Assembly: GCF_009914755.1 (NCBI RefSeq)
Contig: NC_060947.1
From: the human T2T-CHM13v2.0 reference genome, Homo sapiens
Direction: 5' to 3' (one strand)
Length of the DNA: 64,000 nucleotides
The notes below the pieces were generated by a model. The model did not search any database, had not been told where the DNA came from, and saw only the letters and a program-made list of their open reading frames with translations. The position numbers were made by a program, and so were the translations under genes. Below are positions 14,631 through 28,460 of the stretch, in pieces. Within the stretch, counting starts at the first letter, position 1, and the number at the start of each line of letters is the position of its first letter.

Positions 14631-16899
14631 GATTGTGAGCCTTGACTTAATGTATACCTGCTGGAATATAGATCACATTATGCTCAAAGATTCTGGTTCA
14701 ATATCCTGAAATATTTTTAAACCTATTGCACAAATGATTGACCTCTTTAATCATTTATCAATCCATTTATCATCATTTCTTTCCATATTTCTTGATTATT
14801 GAAATTAAGGTATAGTTTGTATAAGTTCCCTGTTTATTTCTAGCAAGATCCTTTATACTCGATTTTAGCAACTACATATTTAGTGCAGAGTTTCCCAGTT
14901 ACTGGAAAGAGTTCATAGACATGTCAGTAATTATACTTGTTTGCTAGGAATCAATTGACTCTTACAAAAGATAACTAAAAGTAACATAATCCAAAGCCTT
15001 ACAACAAAGATGGGTTGTAATAACAGAAGCTAGTGTGTGCTGAGAAATAGCAAGGCAAGGTAGGGAGATGTATTTTTGAGAAAATACTTTGCCATTCATG
15101 AGGCACTTTGGCTAAGTTGTAGTTACTTTTAGCAGATTTCCAAAAACCAGATTGACTAAAAAATCTCTGTGGAAATGACCGTAGGCCACATGTGGTCCTC
15201 GACAGCCATACCTTTAGGCACACATGAACACACACACACACACAAAGTCACACATATCTAGCCTCTGATGTTACACAGAAAAATAATAGCATAATTTAGC
15301 TATCACCTGGAGGGAAAATGTCCTTTGATATATTTCCTGAATATCTTTTTACAAAGAGAATATTGATAAAATATGCAAAGAATTTTGTTACTATGTTTTT
15401 ACTATTATTTGTTAATAAGAAATTTCACATCTTGAAGAAACCTGAGAAATCAATGTGACTTACTTGCTTTATGGAGCATGACATTGAAGATAACTTTCTA
15501 CTTGCAGCATTGTTTTGCTCACTGAGGTATAACATTGTGGAATTTCCTTTTTAATTCCTATGCTTTCTAATGATTTCACTTCCTCATGTCCCTACTTTTT
15601 AAAAATGCATTTTCTTTATTATGTCTAATTACAAAAGTATATGAAGCTTTAAAAATGGTTAAAATACTTTGGCTACTAAAGAGAATCTATGTGAGGCAAT
15701 ACAATGTATGTAGCACACAAAGAAATGTAATAAAAGACATCAGATGTAATGGAAATAATGAATCAATCTATAAAAAGCATGGAGATGGGGACAATAAAAA
15801 TAAAAGATGCACTGCAATCCTAATTCTGCATCAGTCCAAGCATATTATACCCACATAGGAGCAATCGGGACAAAAAAGACAGATCTATGATTTTAAGTCT
15901 GGTGAAATTATGTTTTTATAATCTCAGATGTCACATGTATTTTCTTAAATAAAAGACCAGTGGGATTCTTCTTTTTGTGTATCAATATATTTTGCTACAG
16001 GGAATATAATAAATTATTAATAAAAATGTGATGAATTGGCCAGATTAGGTAGCTATCATCTTAGAAAATGTTTATGTGATGGCATAAGATTGTTGCCTAT
16101 AGATTTGGGAGAAAATTTGTTGGCAAAAGTGAACAATGCTGAGTTTTTGTTCATAAGAGGAAAATGGCAAAGCAAAGACAGATATGACAAAAGACCAGCT
16201 TGTTTCCATCTCACAATTCCAACTCAGCCAACTCTCTATATAAATATAGGTGATGTTGACATGTAAGATAAACAGCTTTTAATATAGGTATTTTTAAATC
16301 AAATTCACAAAAATATAGTGAGAGAGCATCAATAAAATTTTTAAATCTAAAATAATATTTGGTAATTCTATAATTTTTTACTTGAAAATGACCAGTAATA
16401 TTTTAATAGCTTTACATTTAATATATCTTTATTGGTAATAAACGATCGTGTTACCTGCTGTGAACAACATTTATGTACATTCTGAATAGTGTTTAAATAA
16501 TTATTTGAGGGGGAATTATTTAAAATTGCTAAGTAGTCAGTGAGTATAAGTAATATGCAATGGAATTTTTGTGAACTGCCTGAAAAATGCAGTGGGATAA
16601 TATGGTTGTATTGCACTTTATAAATTCCTTTAAAATCAAAATAAAATAATATATATAAAATATAGTATACCAAAAAGATGCAGAAACATAAGAAACTAAA
16701 AAATGTTCATATTAACTTAAAAAAACAAAACTTTTTTCCCAGTAAATTTTCACCTTAGTCTACATATGGCAAGGAATAGAGGAAACATTTCTAGCAGTGT
16801 GTTCACAGTCCCTTAATCTCCTGAGTTACTTCATGTAATGCATTCTAAAGATTGTAAAATCATACATTTATTTTAAAAAATGGACATTTGGCTAATATT

Positions 16900-17815
16900 T
16901 GTCAAAGATCTAATACCCAGCATCTATAAGGAACTTAAATTTATAAGAGAAAAACAAACAACCCCTTTAAAATGTGGGCAAAGTTCATGAACAGACATTT
17001 TTCAAAAGAAGACATGCATGAGGCCAACAAGCATATGAAAAAAGCTCAATAGCCCAGATCATTAGAGAAATACAAATCAAAACCATATGAGATACCATCT
17101 TACCCCAGTCAGAATTGCTATTATTAAAAAGTCAAAAAATAACAGATGCTAGAAAGGTTGCAGAGGAAAGGGAACACTTAAATACTGTTGTTGGGAATGT
17201 AAATTAGTTCAACCATTGTGGAAAGCAGTATGGCAATTCCTCAAAGAGCTAATAGCAGAACTACCATTTGACCTAGCAATCCCATTACTAGGTATATACC
17301 TATAGAAAAATATATCATTCTACCATAAAGACACATGCATGCAAATGTTTATTACAGCACTCTTCGTAACAGCAAAGACATGGAATCAACCTAAATGCCC
17401 ATCAATGACAGACTGGATAAAGAAAATGTGGTACATATATACTATGGAATAATATGCAGCCATAGAAAAGAGCGAGATCATGTCTTTTGCAGGAACATGA
17501 ATGGAGCTGGAGGCTATTATCCTTAGCAAACTAATGCAGGAACAGAAAACCAAATACCATATGTTCTCACTTATAAGAAGAAGCTCAATAATAACTTATG
17601 AATACAAAGAAGGAAACAGCAGACACTGGGGTCTACTTGAGGGCAGAGGGGAAGGAGAAAGAGGAGCAGAAAAGATAAATATTGAGTACTGAGCTTAACA
17701 TGTGGGTGATGAAATAATCTGTAAAACAAACCCCCATGACATGAGTTTACCTATATAACAAACCTTCACATGTATCCCCAAACCTAAAAGTTAAAACAAA
17801 ACAGAACAAAAGCAC
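16900..17815 (+). mobile_element. 5'-truncated L1PA14-like element
   Basis: ORF2 C-terminus (MELEAIILSKLMQEQKTKYHMFSL); 3'UTR aggagcagaaaagataa; A-rich tail. Confidence 0.9.
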
Positions 17816-17919
17816 AAATATGTTTAGATTTGCTTTATACATCACTAAAATTTCAACTACTAATTGTTTCAGGTCACATATCTTTATATTTCTCTTTAAT
17901 ATTTGAATCACTTAAACTA

Positions 17920-18070
17920 CTCATTTATTCAGTTTATGTTTATTGAGTACCTGCTATGGGCCACCACTCTGCTGAGTTCTAGGGCCACAGTAGAGCAAAA
18001 AGCCCAAAATACTTCGTCTTTGCCCTGTGGAGCCTTCCATCTAGTAGTGAAGTTAACAATAAAAAAGTAA
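17920..18070 (-). mobile_element. L2 3' end
   Basis: tttattgagtacctgctatg...gccctgtggagcctt motif. Confidence 0.7.
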
Positions 18071-18289
18071 ATTGCTCAAGTAATTATTGAATTATTAATG
18101 TAAATAGGAAATATTCAGATTCAAAATTCAATCCTTGTTTTACAACAAAAGCATATTTTATGCTGTCACAGTGGTGTCAGGTAAAAATTACAGCTATAAA
18201 CTGAACTAAGATCCCAAATCAGGATAAATTATACAAACTCACAGAGGTTTATTATTGAGGCAGTACTGTTTCCAAATTGGATGGTGGCC

Positions 18290-19930
18290 TGTATCATAAC
18301 AACCCTTAATCTGACAATGAGTCTATAAACTGGATCAGAAACAAAAATATAAACAGCTTCCTAAAGGCATTGAAGAACAATTAAAGAAGCCAGGAGCTGA
18401 AGGGCCAGGATTAGGAAGAGATGCAAAATTCAGGGAAATGTACTAGACATCATTCACTTCTTCTTTCTAAAGCAATGATCCGCAAAGGACTGCAGAGACA
18501 AGGCAAAATGTGGGAGCTCAGAACTATCTGGAGTCTCATGCGGATGGTGTTTATTGCTGTCAAGTCATCTAGGATTTGAGGAATCAAGATCTTGCAGAAG
18601 GATGTCAGCAAAAATAGTGGGATAAGGATAACCAAAATTCATTGTCTTCTTAACATCAATGAGAAAACCGGTAAAAATACTCAGAATGAACTTTTTTTTC
18701 AGAACTCTGAGAATTAACCAAAATATTGCAGCAATTGAGTTAACATTTATTTAAGAATATTATTAAGAATACTGAGTCTTTTTATGTCAATTTTAATGTG
18801 CCCTACTTCCATCTGCTTACTCCAGTTCTGTGGCAGCCTCGAAACTAACCCACAATCAGATGGAAACCCGCAGTCTAGCAGCCACTGGAGACAAAACAGG
18901 GTTGGATCTTCTTGTGAGTATCATTCTAAGATAATTCCAGAACGTTATTTGACCTGATTTGTAGGTCACACAATGTAAGAAGCTATTTCCCCAAGGTGTT
19001 AGTCAAAAAGATTAGAGGCAAGTTTTTAACTCTGTAGTTGCCTGAGGCAGTGAATAACAGTTGGGATAGACAATACAGGTTAACCATGAAGCTTAAAAAG
19101 AATAAGGTGTCCATACAATTTACAAAAACATTTGACATATTTCTGAAAATCTAGCAAGCCGTGTATATCTGTAAGGCTATGAGCATGTGCAGGGTTAGGC
19201 ACACGCTCAGGAAAGACCTGAGCAGGAACTAAGCTTTCGTATTTGGCAGACCTCGAGGCTCAGGACAAGCAAGATTCTACCAGGCAGAGTGTTGAAGGCA
19301 TGACCAACATACACACAGCCCTTTGGCAAATACTTGGAGACATTTGTTCCAGGTGTTTAAGGAAATCTGTGTCCCATAATTAGCTTACCACTAAGCGAAC
19401 CAAGAAAGACTTCATTAAGCATGTGTGACAAAAAAATAAATAAAAGCTGTACCAAAGTAATTCATAAAAGTCTCTAAATAAACAACAAACTATAAAATAA
19501 ACACCAACAAAAACAAAGTTTAGGAGGTTGTAGTTCCATAGCTGCGAGATTTTATTACTTAAAATACTACTTTTAAAAAATATGAGATGAGCAAGGAAAC
19601 ATGAAAGTATAGCCCATACACAGGAACAAAAAAAGGCAATAGAAACTGTGCCTGAAGAAGCACAGATTTTGGATTTACTTAACAAAGACTTTTTAAACCA
19701 GTTATTTGAAGTTTGTTCAAAGAACTAACGGAAATCATATCCAAAGGACTAAAAGAAAGTATGAAAAATGTATCTTATTAAAGACAGAATTTAAATAAAG
19801 AAATGGATATTATAAAATAGAGCAAAATAACAATTCTGGGATTGAAAAGTACAGTAACAAAAATAAAAGATTTACTAAAGAAGCACAACAGCAGATGTGA
19901 GCCTGCAGAAGTAATCCATCAACACTTGAA
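18290..19930 (+). mobile_element. Old L1 5'UTR and ORF1 start (probably two elements, the second starting near 18600)
   Basis: gatgtcagcaaaaat 5' motif; L1MC/MD-type UTR; ORF1 N-terminal remnant at about 19590-19930. Confidence 0.65.
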
Positions 19931-19939
19931 GGAACTTTT

Positions 19940-20600
19940 AAAATGTATATTCATAGTGTAAATAATTATTCAACAAAGAGAAGGCATAAACTACAGATAA
20001 ACACAAAAACATGAATAAATCTCAAAATGTATGCTTAGTAAAAGGAGTCATACTCCAAATAGTGTGTCCTGAATGATTCTATTTATATAAAATTTCTGAA
20101 TAGGCAAAACTGACAATAGAAACCACATCATTGGTTATCTAGAACTAGGGTAAGATATTCTTTGCAAAGAGGCATGAGGAAACATTTTTGAAGGAATAGA
20201 AATGTTCTGCATTTCGCCATGTCTGTAATCCAAGCACTTTGCGGGGCTGAGGCAGCAGGATCACTTGAGCCCAGGAGTTCCAGATCAGCCTGGGCAACAT
20301 AGTGACACCTCATCTCTACCAAAATAAACAATGTTAGCTGGGCATGGTGGCTCGCACCTGTAGTCCTAGCTATTCCAGAGGCTGAGGTGGGAGGATCCCT
20401 TGAGCTCTGGAAGTTGAGGCTGAAGTGAGCTGTGATTGAGCCCCACTGCACTCCAGCCTGAGTGACACAATGAGACCTTATAGTATGTGTCAAAATTTAT
20501 TGAACTGTTTTGAAACTTTTACACATCTGATTAAAATTGATTAAAATGCATGCAAATTAAAAAAACACATATTTTATATAAATACACAAATCCCAATAAA
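19940..20600 (+). mobile_element. L1ME 3' end split by an Alu
   Basis: acatgaataaatctcaaaa...atgattctatttatataaaattt...ataggcaaaact motifs. Confidence 0.7.
20217..20477 (+). mobile_element. AluJ lacking 5' end and poly(A)
   Basis: Starts near catgtctgtaatcc; ends at tgagacc with no tail and no TSD. Confidence 0.9.
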
Positions 20601-20622
20601 TATAGTATGTTAAAATATACTC

Positions 20623-20626
<4 letters not shown>

Positions 20627-20674
<48 letters not shown>
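20627..20674. repeat. (GT)24 microsatellite
   Basis: Perfect run. Confidence 0.97.
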
Positions 20675-20677
<3 letters not shown>

Positions 20678-20831
20678 GTACTGGGGAATTAAAATAAAAG
20701 AGAATGAGCAATTAAATAAGAGATGAGCTTTCTATGGGCAATGATGGTTATTTATCAAGAGGCGAAGAATGTAATTAACTCAACCCCCCATATCTGTAGT
20801 CCGAAAGAAGAAAAAATTACACTTATTGCAT

Positions 20832-21762
20832 TGTAAATGTTTAAAAACATTTTCCGTATATTATGATGTTTTGATATTTTAAAAACCCTTTCTGGCTAGA
20901 GAGACTGCTCCTTTCAGGACTAGCCAATTCTTACAAGTAACAAAAGGCCTACTCAGAAGCATGTCTTTGATATGGAAACTAAATAATCCAGAGCTATACC
21001 TCCTCAATCTGGCCCTTACACCCCAGAAGACAATATTCCTCTGCCTTAATCAACCCAGGGCCAGGTACCAGGCAGCTAGAGACCTCCATATCTACAATCC
21101 AAAACCCTCTGAAATTATTCAGATCCCTCAATCCAAAATTATTCACCCTGCCCTGCCTTGCCTTTTCAGCAGAATCCCCAATAAAGGCAATGGCCTAAAC
21201 CTTTCCCTTATTTCTGTCTTTGTTTCTTCCTCCTAAGAATCTTGGTGTCTTCCCCACGTGGTTATGTGGGGACGTGCTCTGCCTGTGATTCTTGTCTCTT
21301 GTACCTGTAAATATAATCAACTTTGTTTTTTCCTGAACCTCTACTCTGTCTCCTCTTGAGTGAGGAAAATAGTGTTTGTAGGCAGGGAACATAAGGCCGA
21401 TTCACACTTCAGCTATAACAGGAAATGTTCTCTCCACATGGCGTAGGCCGTAAATGATTCTGTAACTTTACTTCATCCTCTCCATTTACATAGGGCGTAC
21501 CCAAAGTAACCAATGGAATCCTCTAGGGTGTATTTAAATTCCCAAAATTTCTGTAACGGGGCCTTTGAGCCCCTATGCTCATGCCTGCTCCCACACTGTG
21601 GAGTGTACTTTCATTTTCAACAAATCCTTTCATTCCTTCCTTGCTTTGTTTGTGTGTTTTGTCCAATTCTTTGTTCAAGATGCCAAGAATCTGGTCACCC
21701 TCCACCATTAACACTCTGGTGGCCACACCTAATTGACCACTTCATAAAACAATAACAAAACA
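20832..21762 (+). mobile_element. MER73/MER74-family ERVL LTR, split by a younger LTR
   Basis: cccagggccaggtaccaggca and gaaattattca motifs; AATAAA near 21180. Confidence 0.75.
21357..21713 (+). mobile_element. ERV1 solo LTR, MER61A/MER51 group
   Basis: TG...CA termini; perfect 4-bp TSD ctct; CCAAT and TATTTAAA boxes. Confidence 0.85.
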
Positions 21763-21764
21763 CT

Positions 21765-22090
21765 TACCTAGTGAGTGATGTGCCAATCCATGCACTAATG
21801 CTGAGGTTAGCTGCCTACATTGAGCAGATAGTTAAACAACAGATATACACTTTATATGGATAATATTTAATAAATAATTATGATTACTTAAATAATTGCA
21901 CAGCTATACATTTCTGAGAAGAAGAAATACATAAGGCAAAGGAAACACAACACAGAGATGAAGGATCTGGGTGCAGTGAGATAAAGCTTCCCTGTGAAAG
22001 TAATGTTTAAGTTGAGACATTAAATGAGTAGACTTAGCTAAGTAAATAGAGGCAAAGAGGTTTCCATGTAGAGCAAATAATATGTGCTTT
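21765..22090 (-). mobile_element. L2 fragment
   Basis: aaagcttccctgtgaaagtaatgtttaagttgagac motif. Confidence 0.6.
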
Positions 22091-23769
22091 GATATGGTTC
22101 CTCATAATTGCTCATGTCGATCTTTTAGATTACTAATTTGGTGTTCAGTGGTGTTCATTTGAATTTTTGGAGCTTTTATTGGCTTTTAAATTTTGATTAA
22201 TAATGCTTTATTATAGTTATTTGTGAGAGTATATTCTGTTGTTTATATTTCTCCTTTTCTGTAGTAGCCTGATTTTTTAATTGATACAAATGACATGAAT
22301 ATTTTACTAAATCTTGCATTTCACATGTGATAAAACAGAACTACAGGTGATATAGCCTATGTTCAGGTTGGCTATGTTTTTCTGCTCTATAGTAACAGCA
22401 GTTTTTAGAATAATTTATTTGATTCATAATAAGTAACTGATATTAAGGAAAGATTTGATGAGTAAAAGCAAAGTACATATTTTAACTGTGCTCTTCTGCT
22501 CCTAATTTCTTGTATTGAGAAATAATATATGTATTCAGGATCTGTATCAGTCTTTTGAGATTTTGAAGGAGAGAAAAATTCTGTACTATAAATGAAAAGT
22601 ATTATGTACTCTTCAAGTGAAATTGTATTAATTTATGTACCCATATTACCTAAATCTACAGCTACATATACATGTATCCATGAGTAATTTTTAATATAAT
22701 AAAATAAGATTTAAAATTATTGTGTTTGACCTTTTTCCAAATAACTTATAAAACTATGCAGTAGTGATAGCAAAGCCAATTCAACTTAATTTACTGTAAT
22801 CATAAGTTATTTAATTAATTAATTGTTCTACAGTTGCACTAAATCAGTTTTAAGTGATTCTATTAAAATATGCCATAAAGAGACTATGCCAGATTTTGAC
22901 AGTTTCTGCTGTCCAATCTTTAACCAACACATAGAGATATGCATTGGAGTCTCTCTCAGAATAGAAAGACACAAACAAAATAATTGAACATTGTTTAGTG
23001 AATGTTTATATTTTCTTGCTGAAATTTTTAAATAAATGAAAAGTAACTATGCTGAGTACTGATTTTATTTCTAATGTTCTCAGCGGAATAATCATTAATT
23101 TTGCATTATTGTTAAAAAGACACCCTCTTTTCTCTGAAAATTTAAATTCTTCCACTATCCCTGCAGAGGAAACCAAAGGTTACACCTCCACTTCATTTAT
23201 TGTAGCATTTTTTTCTCAGCAGAATTTTGTGTGTATTTGTCAATATGGTTGTAAGACAATACAGATAAGAGGCATTCGGTGTACAAGGGTAGCAGTGAGT
23301 CTTAAGCATATGTAAAGTTTACGATATCAATTTATATAATAACAATAGTGTTGCTTTGGGGCTTCTACGGAATGCAGAGATGGAGCTGGTGGTTTTATAT
23401 GCATTTGCTCTCACCTTTAACAAAGTTCTACATTTTAAATTCCCTTATACAGATGAATCAGTAGAGAAACAGTTTCACTGATCAGTCTAAGACCATGAAT
23501 CTAGAATATGAGATATTCATGTTATTTCCACTAGTCTTTGATAATTATCACCTAAAAAGGTACAGGGAATCTGGACTTAAAGAATAAATAGCTAATTTTT
23601 ATGTTTATTTCAGTGAAAGAAGAGAGATTCTAGATATCACTTATATGTTTTCCCCTTACTGCTTCTTACTAATGGAACGTGTTTGTTTTGGTGCCACACA
23701 GTTCTGGTCAATGAGAAGTAAGCAGATATCTACACACCAGCTAGCATATCCATTTTAACCTTTACTCTT

Positions 23770-24159
23770 TGGATTAGTTTTGTAGGATTGCCATAACAGT
23801 GTACCATAGCCTGGGCAAGCTTAAATAACAGAAGTTATTTTTCTCACAGTTCTGGAGTCTACAAGTCAAAATCAAGGTGTCAGTGGAGTTGGTTTCCTCT
23901 GTGGTCTCTCTGTTGGCTTGTAGATGACCATCTTCTCCCTGTGTCTTCATATTGTTTGACCTGTGCTTGTATCTGTATCCACATTCCCTCTTCTTATCAG
24001 TACACCAGTCACATTGGATTACAGTTCACCTAACGACCACGTTTTGACTTAATTACCTCTCTAAAGACCCAAACTCCAAATATGGTTGCATTCTGAAGTA
24101 CTGGAGGTTAGGATGTCAACACATGAATTTAAGAGGGTAATACAGTTTAGACTATAACA
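23770..24159 (-). mobile_element. MLT1B-type solo LTR
   Basis: 390 bp; perfect 5-bp TSD ctctt. Confidence 0.9.
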
Positions 24160-24317
24160 CTCTTTTTCTTTTCCTGGAGGTAGATTATCAATGTTTCAAC
24201 TATGAGAATAAAATTCAATGTTAAGGAGAGTGGATCAAGATGTTCCATTCCTAATAGTGCTCTAAAGGCCCATTGTCAACTATTTCATCTAATTCACCTT
24301 TCCAAAAGATTATTATT

Positions 24318-24614
<297 letters not shown>

Positions 24615-25324
24615 TTATTATTGTGTTAATTCATCATTTATTTCCCACTTTCTATATAGTACCAATCAATATGTTAGCTGTTGGAGTCAGTTCATTACAA
24701 AATTTTCTCTAACCTAAAGAATCTTGGAATCTAGATTCTGTTTAGAAAATAGCAAATTCACAGAAATATATCTTCCCCGCTGTTTATCTCTCTGTACTAT
24801 GCTGTTTCATAAGGGGCTAGCATTTAATCTTTTCTTAATTTAGGCCCTATGGATAAGATTGCAAGGTTTTCACAATTTCACTAAAGTTGTATGCTAAAGC
24901 ATGTATGTGTGTGATTTTTGAGGAGCTATGATCCATAAATTTTATGTCCTCTTATTGATTAATGACCTAAATTATAACAATTACTGTAGCAGATAAGATA
25001 TGTCTCAAATCTCTAATCTACCTACCACCAATCTCTCCCCAGCCACCACCCACCATGCACATTATAGGACATTGATGGTTATTATTGGGCAGTTTATTTT
25101 CTGACTCATATCCTCCATGTACAGTAAGATACTAGTTCCCTGGTAAATGTAATAGCCTTTGCTAACCATACTGTGTGATAATATTCAACATTAATGTACA
25201 GAATTTTTCCTTGCCCATGATTGCATGACACACTCTTCACCAAAACACACAGTCCAAATTCTTTACAAAAGACACTGATGCTTACCAGAGGAAACTAACA
25301 AATGTGTCTCAAAAGTGGGCAGTA

Positions 25325-25370
25325 AATAATAACAACAACAACAATAACAATAATAATAATAATAATAAAT
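25325..25370. repeat. (AAC)n/(AAT)n compound microsatellite
   Basis: Direct reading. Confidence 0.9.
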
Positions 25371-25514
25371 CAACAATCTAAAGAGCCAACCACAAAGTTT
25401 ATGTAGACACAAGATGATGGTGAGGGCAAATTGGCAGAAAATTTTGGTATTGAAATGATCTAATTCTGAAATTGTGGTTACCTAAAGTCTATTTCTAAAT
25501 AGAAATAAGTAGGA

Positions 25515-27683
25515 ACCTTCTCCATATGTGAAGAAGGCACCTGCTTCCCCTTCACCTTTCACCACATTTTTAAATTTCCCGAGGTGTCCCCAGCCATGTA
25601 GAACTGTGAGTCAATTAATCTCTTTCGTTTACAAATAACCCAGTCTCAGGTAGTATTATTTACAGCAGCATGAAAATGAAATAATTCAGAGAGTTGGTAC
25701 TTGGAGTAGGGCACTGCTATAAAGATAACCTAAAAAATGTAGAAGTGACTTTGGAGCTGGGTAACAGACAGAGGTTGAAACAGTTTGGAGGGCTCAAAAG
25801 AGGACAGGAAAATGTGGGAAAATTTGGAACTTTCTAGAGATTTGATAAATGGTTTTGACCAAAATGCTAATAGTGATAATGAACAATGAAGTCCAGGCTG
25901 AGGTGTTCTCAGATGGAGATGACAGACGTATTGGAACAGGAGAAAAGCTCACTCATGCTATGCTTTAGCAGAGAGACTGGTGGCATTTATCCCCTGCCCT
26001 AGAGATTTGTGTAAATTTGAACTTCAGAGACATGATTTAGGGTATCTGGTAGAATAAATTTTTAAGCAGCAAAGCATTCAAGAGGTGACCTGCTTTATTC
26101 CAAAAGTGTTCGGTTATATGCTTTCACAAAAAGATAGTTGGAAATTGGAACTTATGCTTAAAAGGGATGCAGAGTCTAAAAGTTTGGAAAATTTGCAGCC
26201 TAATTATGTGGTAGAAAAGAAAAAACACATTTTATGGGAAGAAATTAAAGCACAGTGCAGAAATTTTCATAAGTAAAGAGGAGCTGAATGTTAATAGCCA
26301 AGGCAATAGGGAAAATACCTCCAAGACATTTCAGAGAACTTTGCAGTAGACCCTCTTACTACAGGCCTAGAAGCCTCAGAGGGAAAAATGGTTTTCTGGG
26401 GCAGGACTAGAGCCCCACTTCTCTGTGTAGGCTTAAGACATAACACTCAGCATCATGGCTGCTCCAGCTTCAGCCACGGCTAAAAGGGGCAAAGGTACAG
26501 GTCCAGTCATTGCTTCAGAGGGTGCAAGCCCCAAGCCTTGGTGGTTTCCATGTGGTTTTGGGCCTGCAGGTGTGCAAAAAGCAAGAGTTGAGACCTGGGA
26601 ACCTCTACCTAGATTTCAGAGGACGTATGGAAAGGCCTGGATGTCCAGGCAGAAGTCTGCTGCAGGGGCAGAGCTTTCATGAAGAACCTCTACTAGGGCA
26701 ATGCAGAGGGGAAATGTGGGCTTGGAGCCCCCAGATAGAGTCTCCACTGGGGCACTGCCTATTGGAGCTGTGAGAAGAGAGCCACTACCCTCCAGGCCCC
26801 AGAATGGTAGATCCACCAACAGCTTGTATTATGTGCTTGGAAAGGCCACAGGCACTCAATGCCAGCTCTTGAAAGCAGCTTCAGGGGCTGTACCCTGCAG
26901 AGCTACAGGTGCAGAGCTGCTCAAGGCCTTGGGAGCCCATCCCTTGCTTCAGTGTGCCCCAGATGTGAGACAAGGAGTAAAAGGAGATTATTTTGGAGCT
27001 TCAAGATTTAATGAGTACCCTGCCAGATTTTGTACTTGCATGGGGTCAGTGGTCCCTTAGTTTTGGCCAATTTCTCCCATTTGGAACAGGAACATTTACC
27101 CAATGGCTGTAGCCCCATTGTATCATGGAATTAACTAACTTGGTTTTGGTTTTACAGGCTCGTAGGTGGAAGGGACTTGCCTTATCTCAGATGATAAGGA
27201 TTTAGGACTTAGACTTTTGAGTTAATGCTGGAGTGAGTTAAGACTTTGGGGGACTATTGGGAAGGCATGGTTTTAAAATGTGAATAAAACCTGAGATTTG
27301 AGAGGGACCAGGGTTGGAATGATATGGTTTGGCTCTGTGTCCCCACCCAAATCTCATTTCCAATTTTAATCCCCACATGTTGAGGGAGAGACATGGTAGA
27401 AGGTGACTGAGTCATGGGGCAGTTTCCCCAAAGCTATTCTCATGATAGTGAAGGATTTCTCATGAGATCTGATGGTTTTTAAAGTGGCAGTTTCTCCTGC
27501 TCTTTCTCTTTCTCCTGCTGCCATGTAAGATGTGCTTGCTTCTCCCTTACCTTCCACCATGATTGTATGTTTCCTGAGGTCTTCCCAGCCATGTGTTACT
27601 GTGAGTCAATTAAACATCTTCTATTTATAAATTACCCCATCTCAGGTAGTATGTTTATAGCAGTGTGAGAGCAAACTAATACA
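25515..27683 (+). mobile_element. THE1D-like MaLR provirus: partial 5' LTR (25515-25688), internal region, full 3' LTR (27320-27683)
   Basis: tgatatggtttggctctgtgtcccc...ctaataca LTR; ttggtac start of internal region; purine tract before the 3' LTR; about 1.6 kb internal. Confidence 0.92.
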
Positions 27684-28249
27684 TCTAGTGTCATGAAAGA
27701 TGGCTTTAACTTCCAAGTAAATATGAAAATCTTTAATAATGATGGAGAAGGATCCAGTAAAAGACAGTGAAATTGACCACTTTGGGAGTCTTACTCTGTC
27801 ACCCGTAAATCATACTTAAATATTTATTTATACATTTATTTATTTATCAATATGTAAAAAACGAAATAATGTGTCAGTTGCCACAGTTTGAATGAACAGA
27901 TTTCTTTGAACATGACTTTATATAACTAGGATCTCCTCCTAAATTATTTTGCCTAAGATCCATCTGACTATAGAAATTTTTCTCTACTCATACATGTGTC
28001 AAATATTGACACCTTATGGAAATTTCTGTTTATATGGGTGCATATGGATGCAATATTTCCAAAGAGACAGGGTCTAGACACAGATGTTGTATATTTTTAT
28101 ACCTGGGTGACATTGCTCATTCTGAACCCTCAGCCTTAAATTACTTGCCTTAACCAATTCAAATTTACTTATTGTTAGTGGATCATAAAAATGCCATGTG
28201 CTCTACAAGTTCTTCTTTAACAATACCATATGAATCAGTTTCTCATTCC

Positions 28250-28460
28250 TCTGTACTTTTAAATACATTGGGTATTCCTTTATAATATCAGATCTTATTT
28301 TGCTGTATACTAGAGCTAGTTCTTTTATTAGTTGTGATATCCTTGAGAGCAGAAAGCTTGTCTTATTTATTTTCCAGTATCTAAGTGCTTTTTAAGTATC
28401 AAATATTTAATGACAGGCCTTGAGTATAAAAGATACTCAGTAGAATAAAATGAAATAAGA
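28250..28460 (+). mobile_element. L2 3' remnant
   Basis: ccttgagagcagaaagcttgtcttattt motif. Confidence 0.5.

Noticed and set aside
26085-27060. Cluster of ORFs up to 119 aa
   Set aside because: They are broken remnants of the THE1 internal region.
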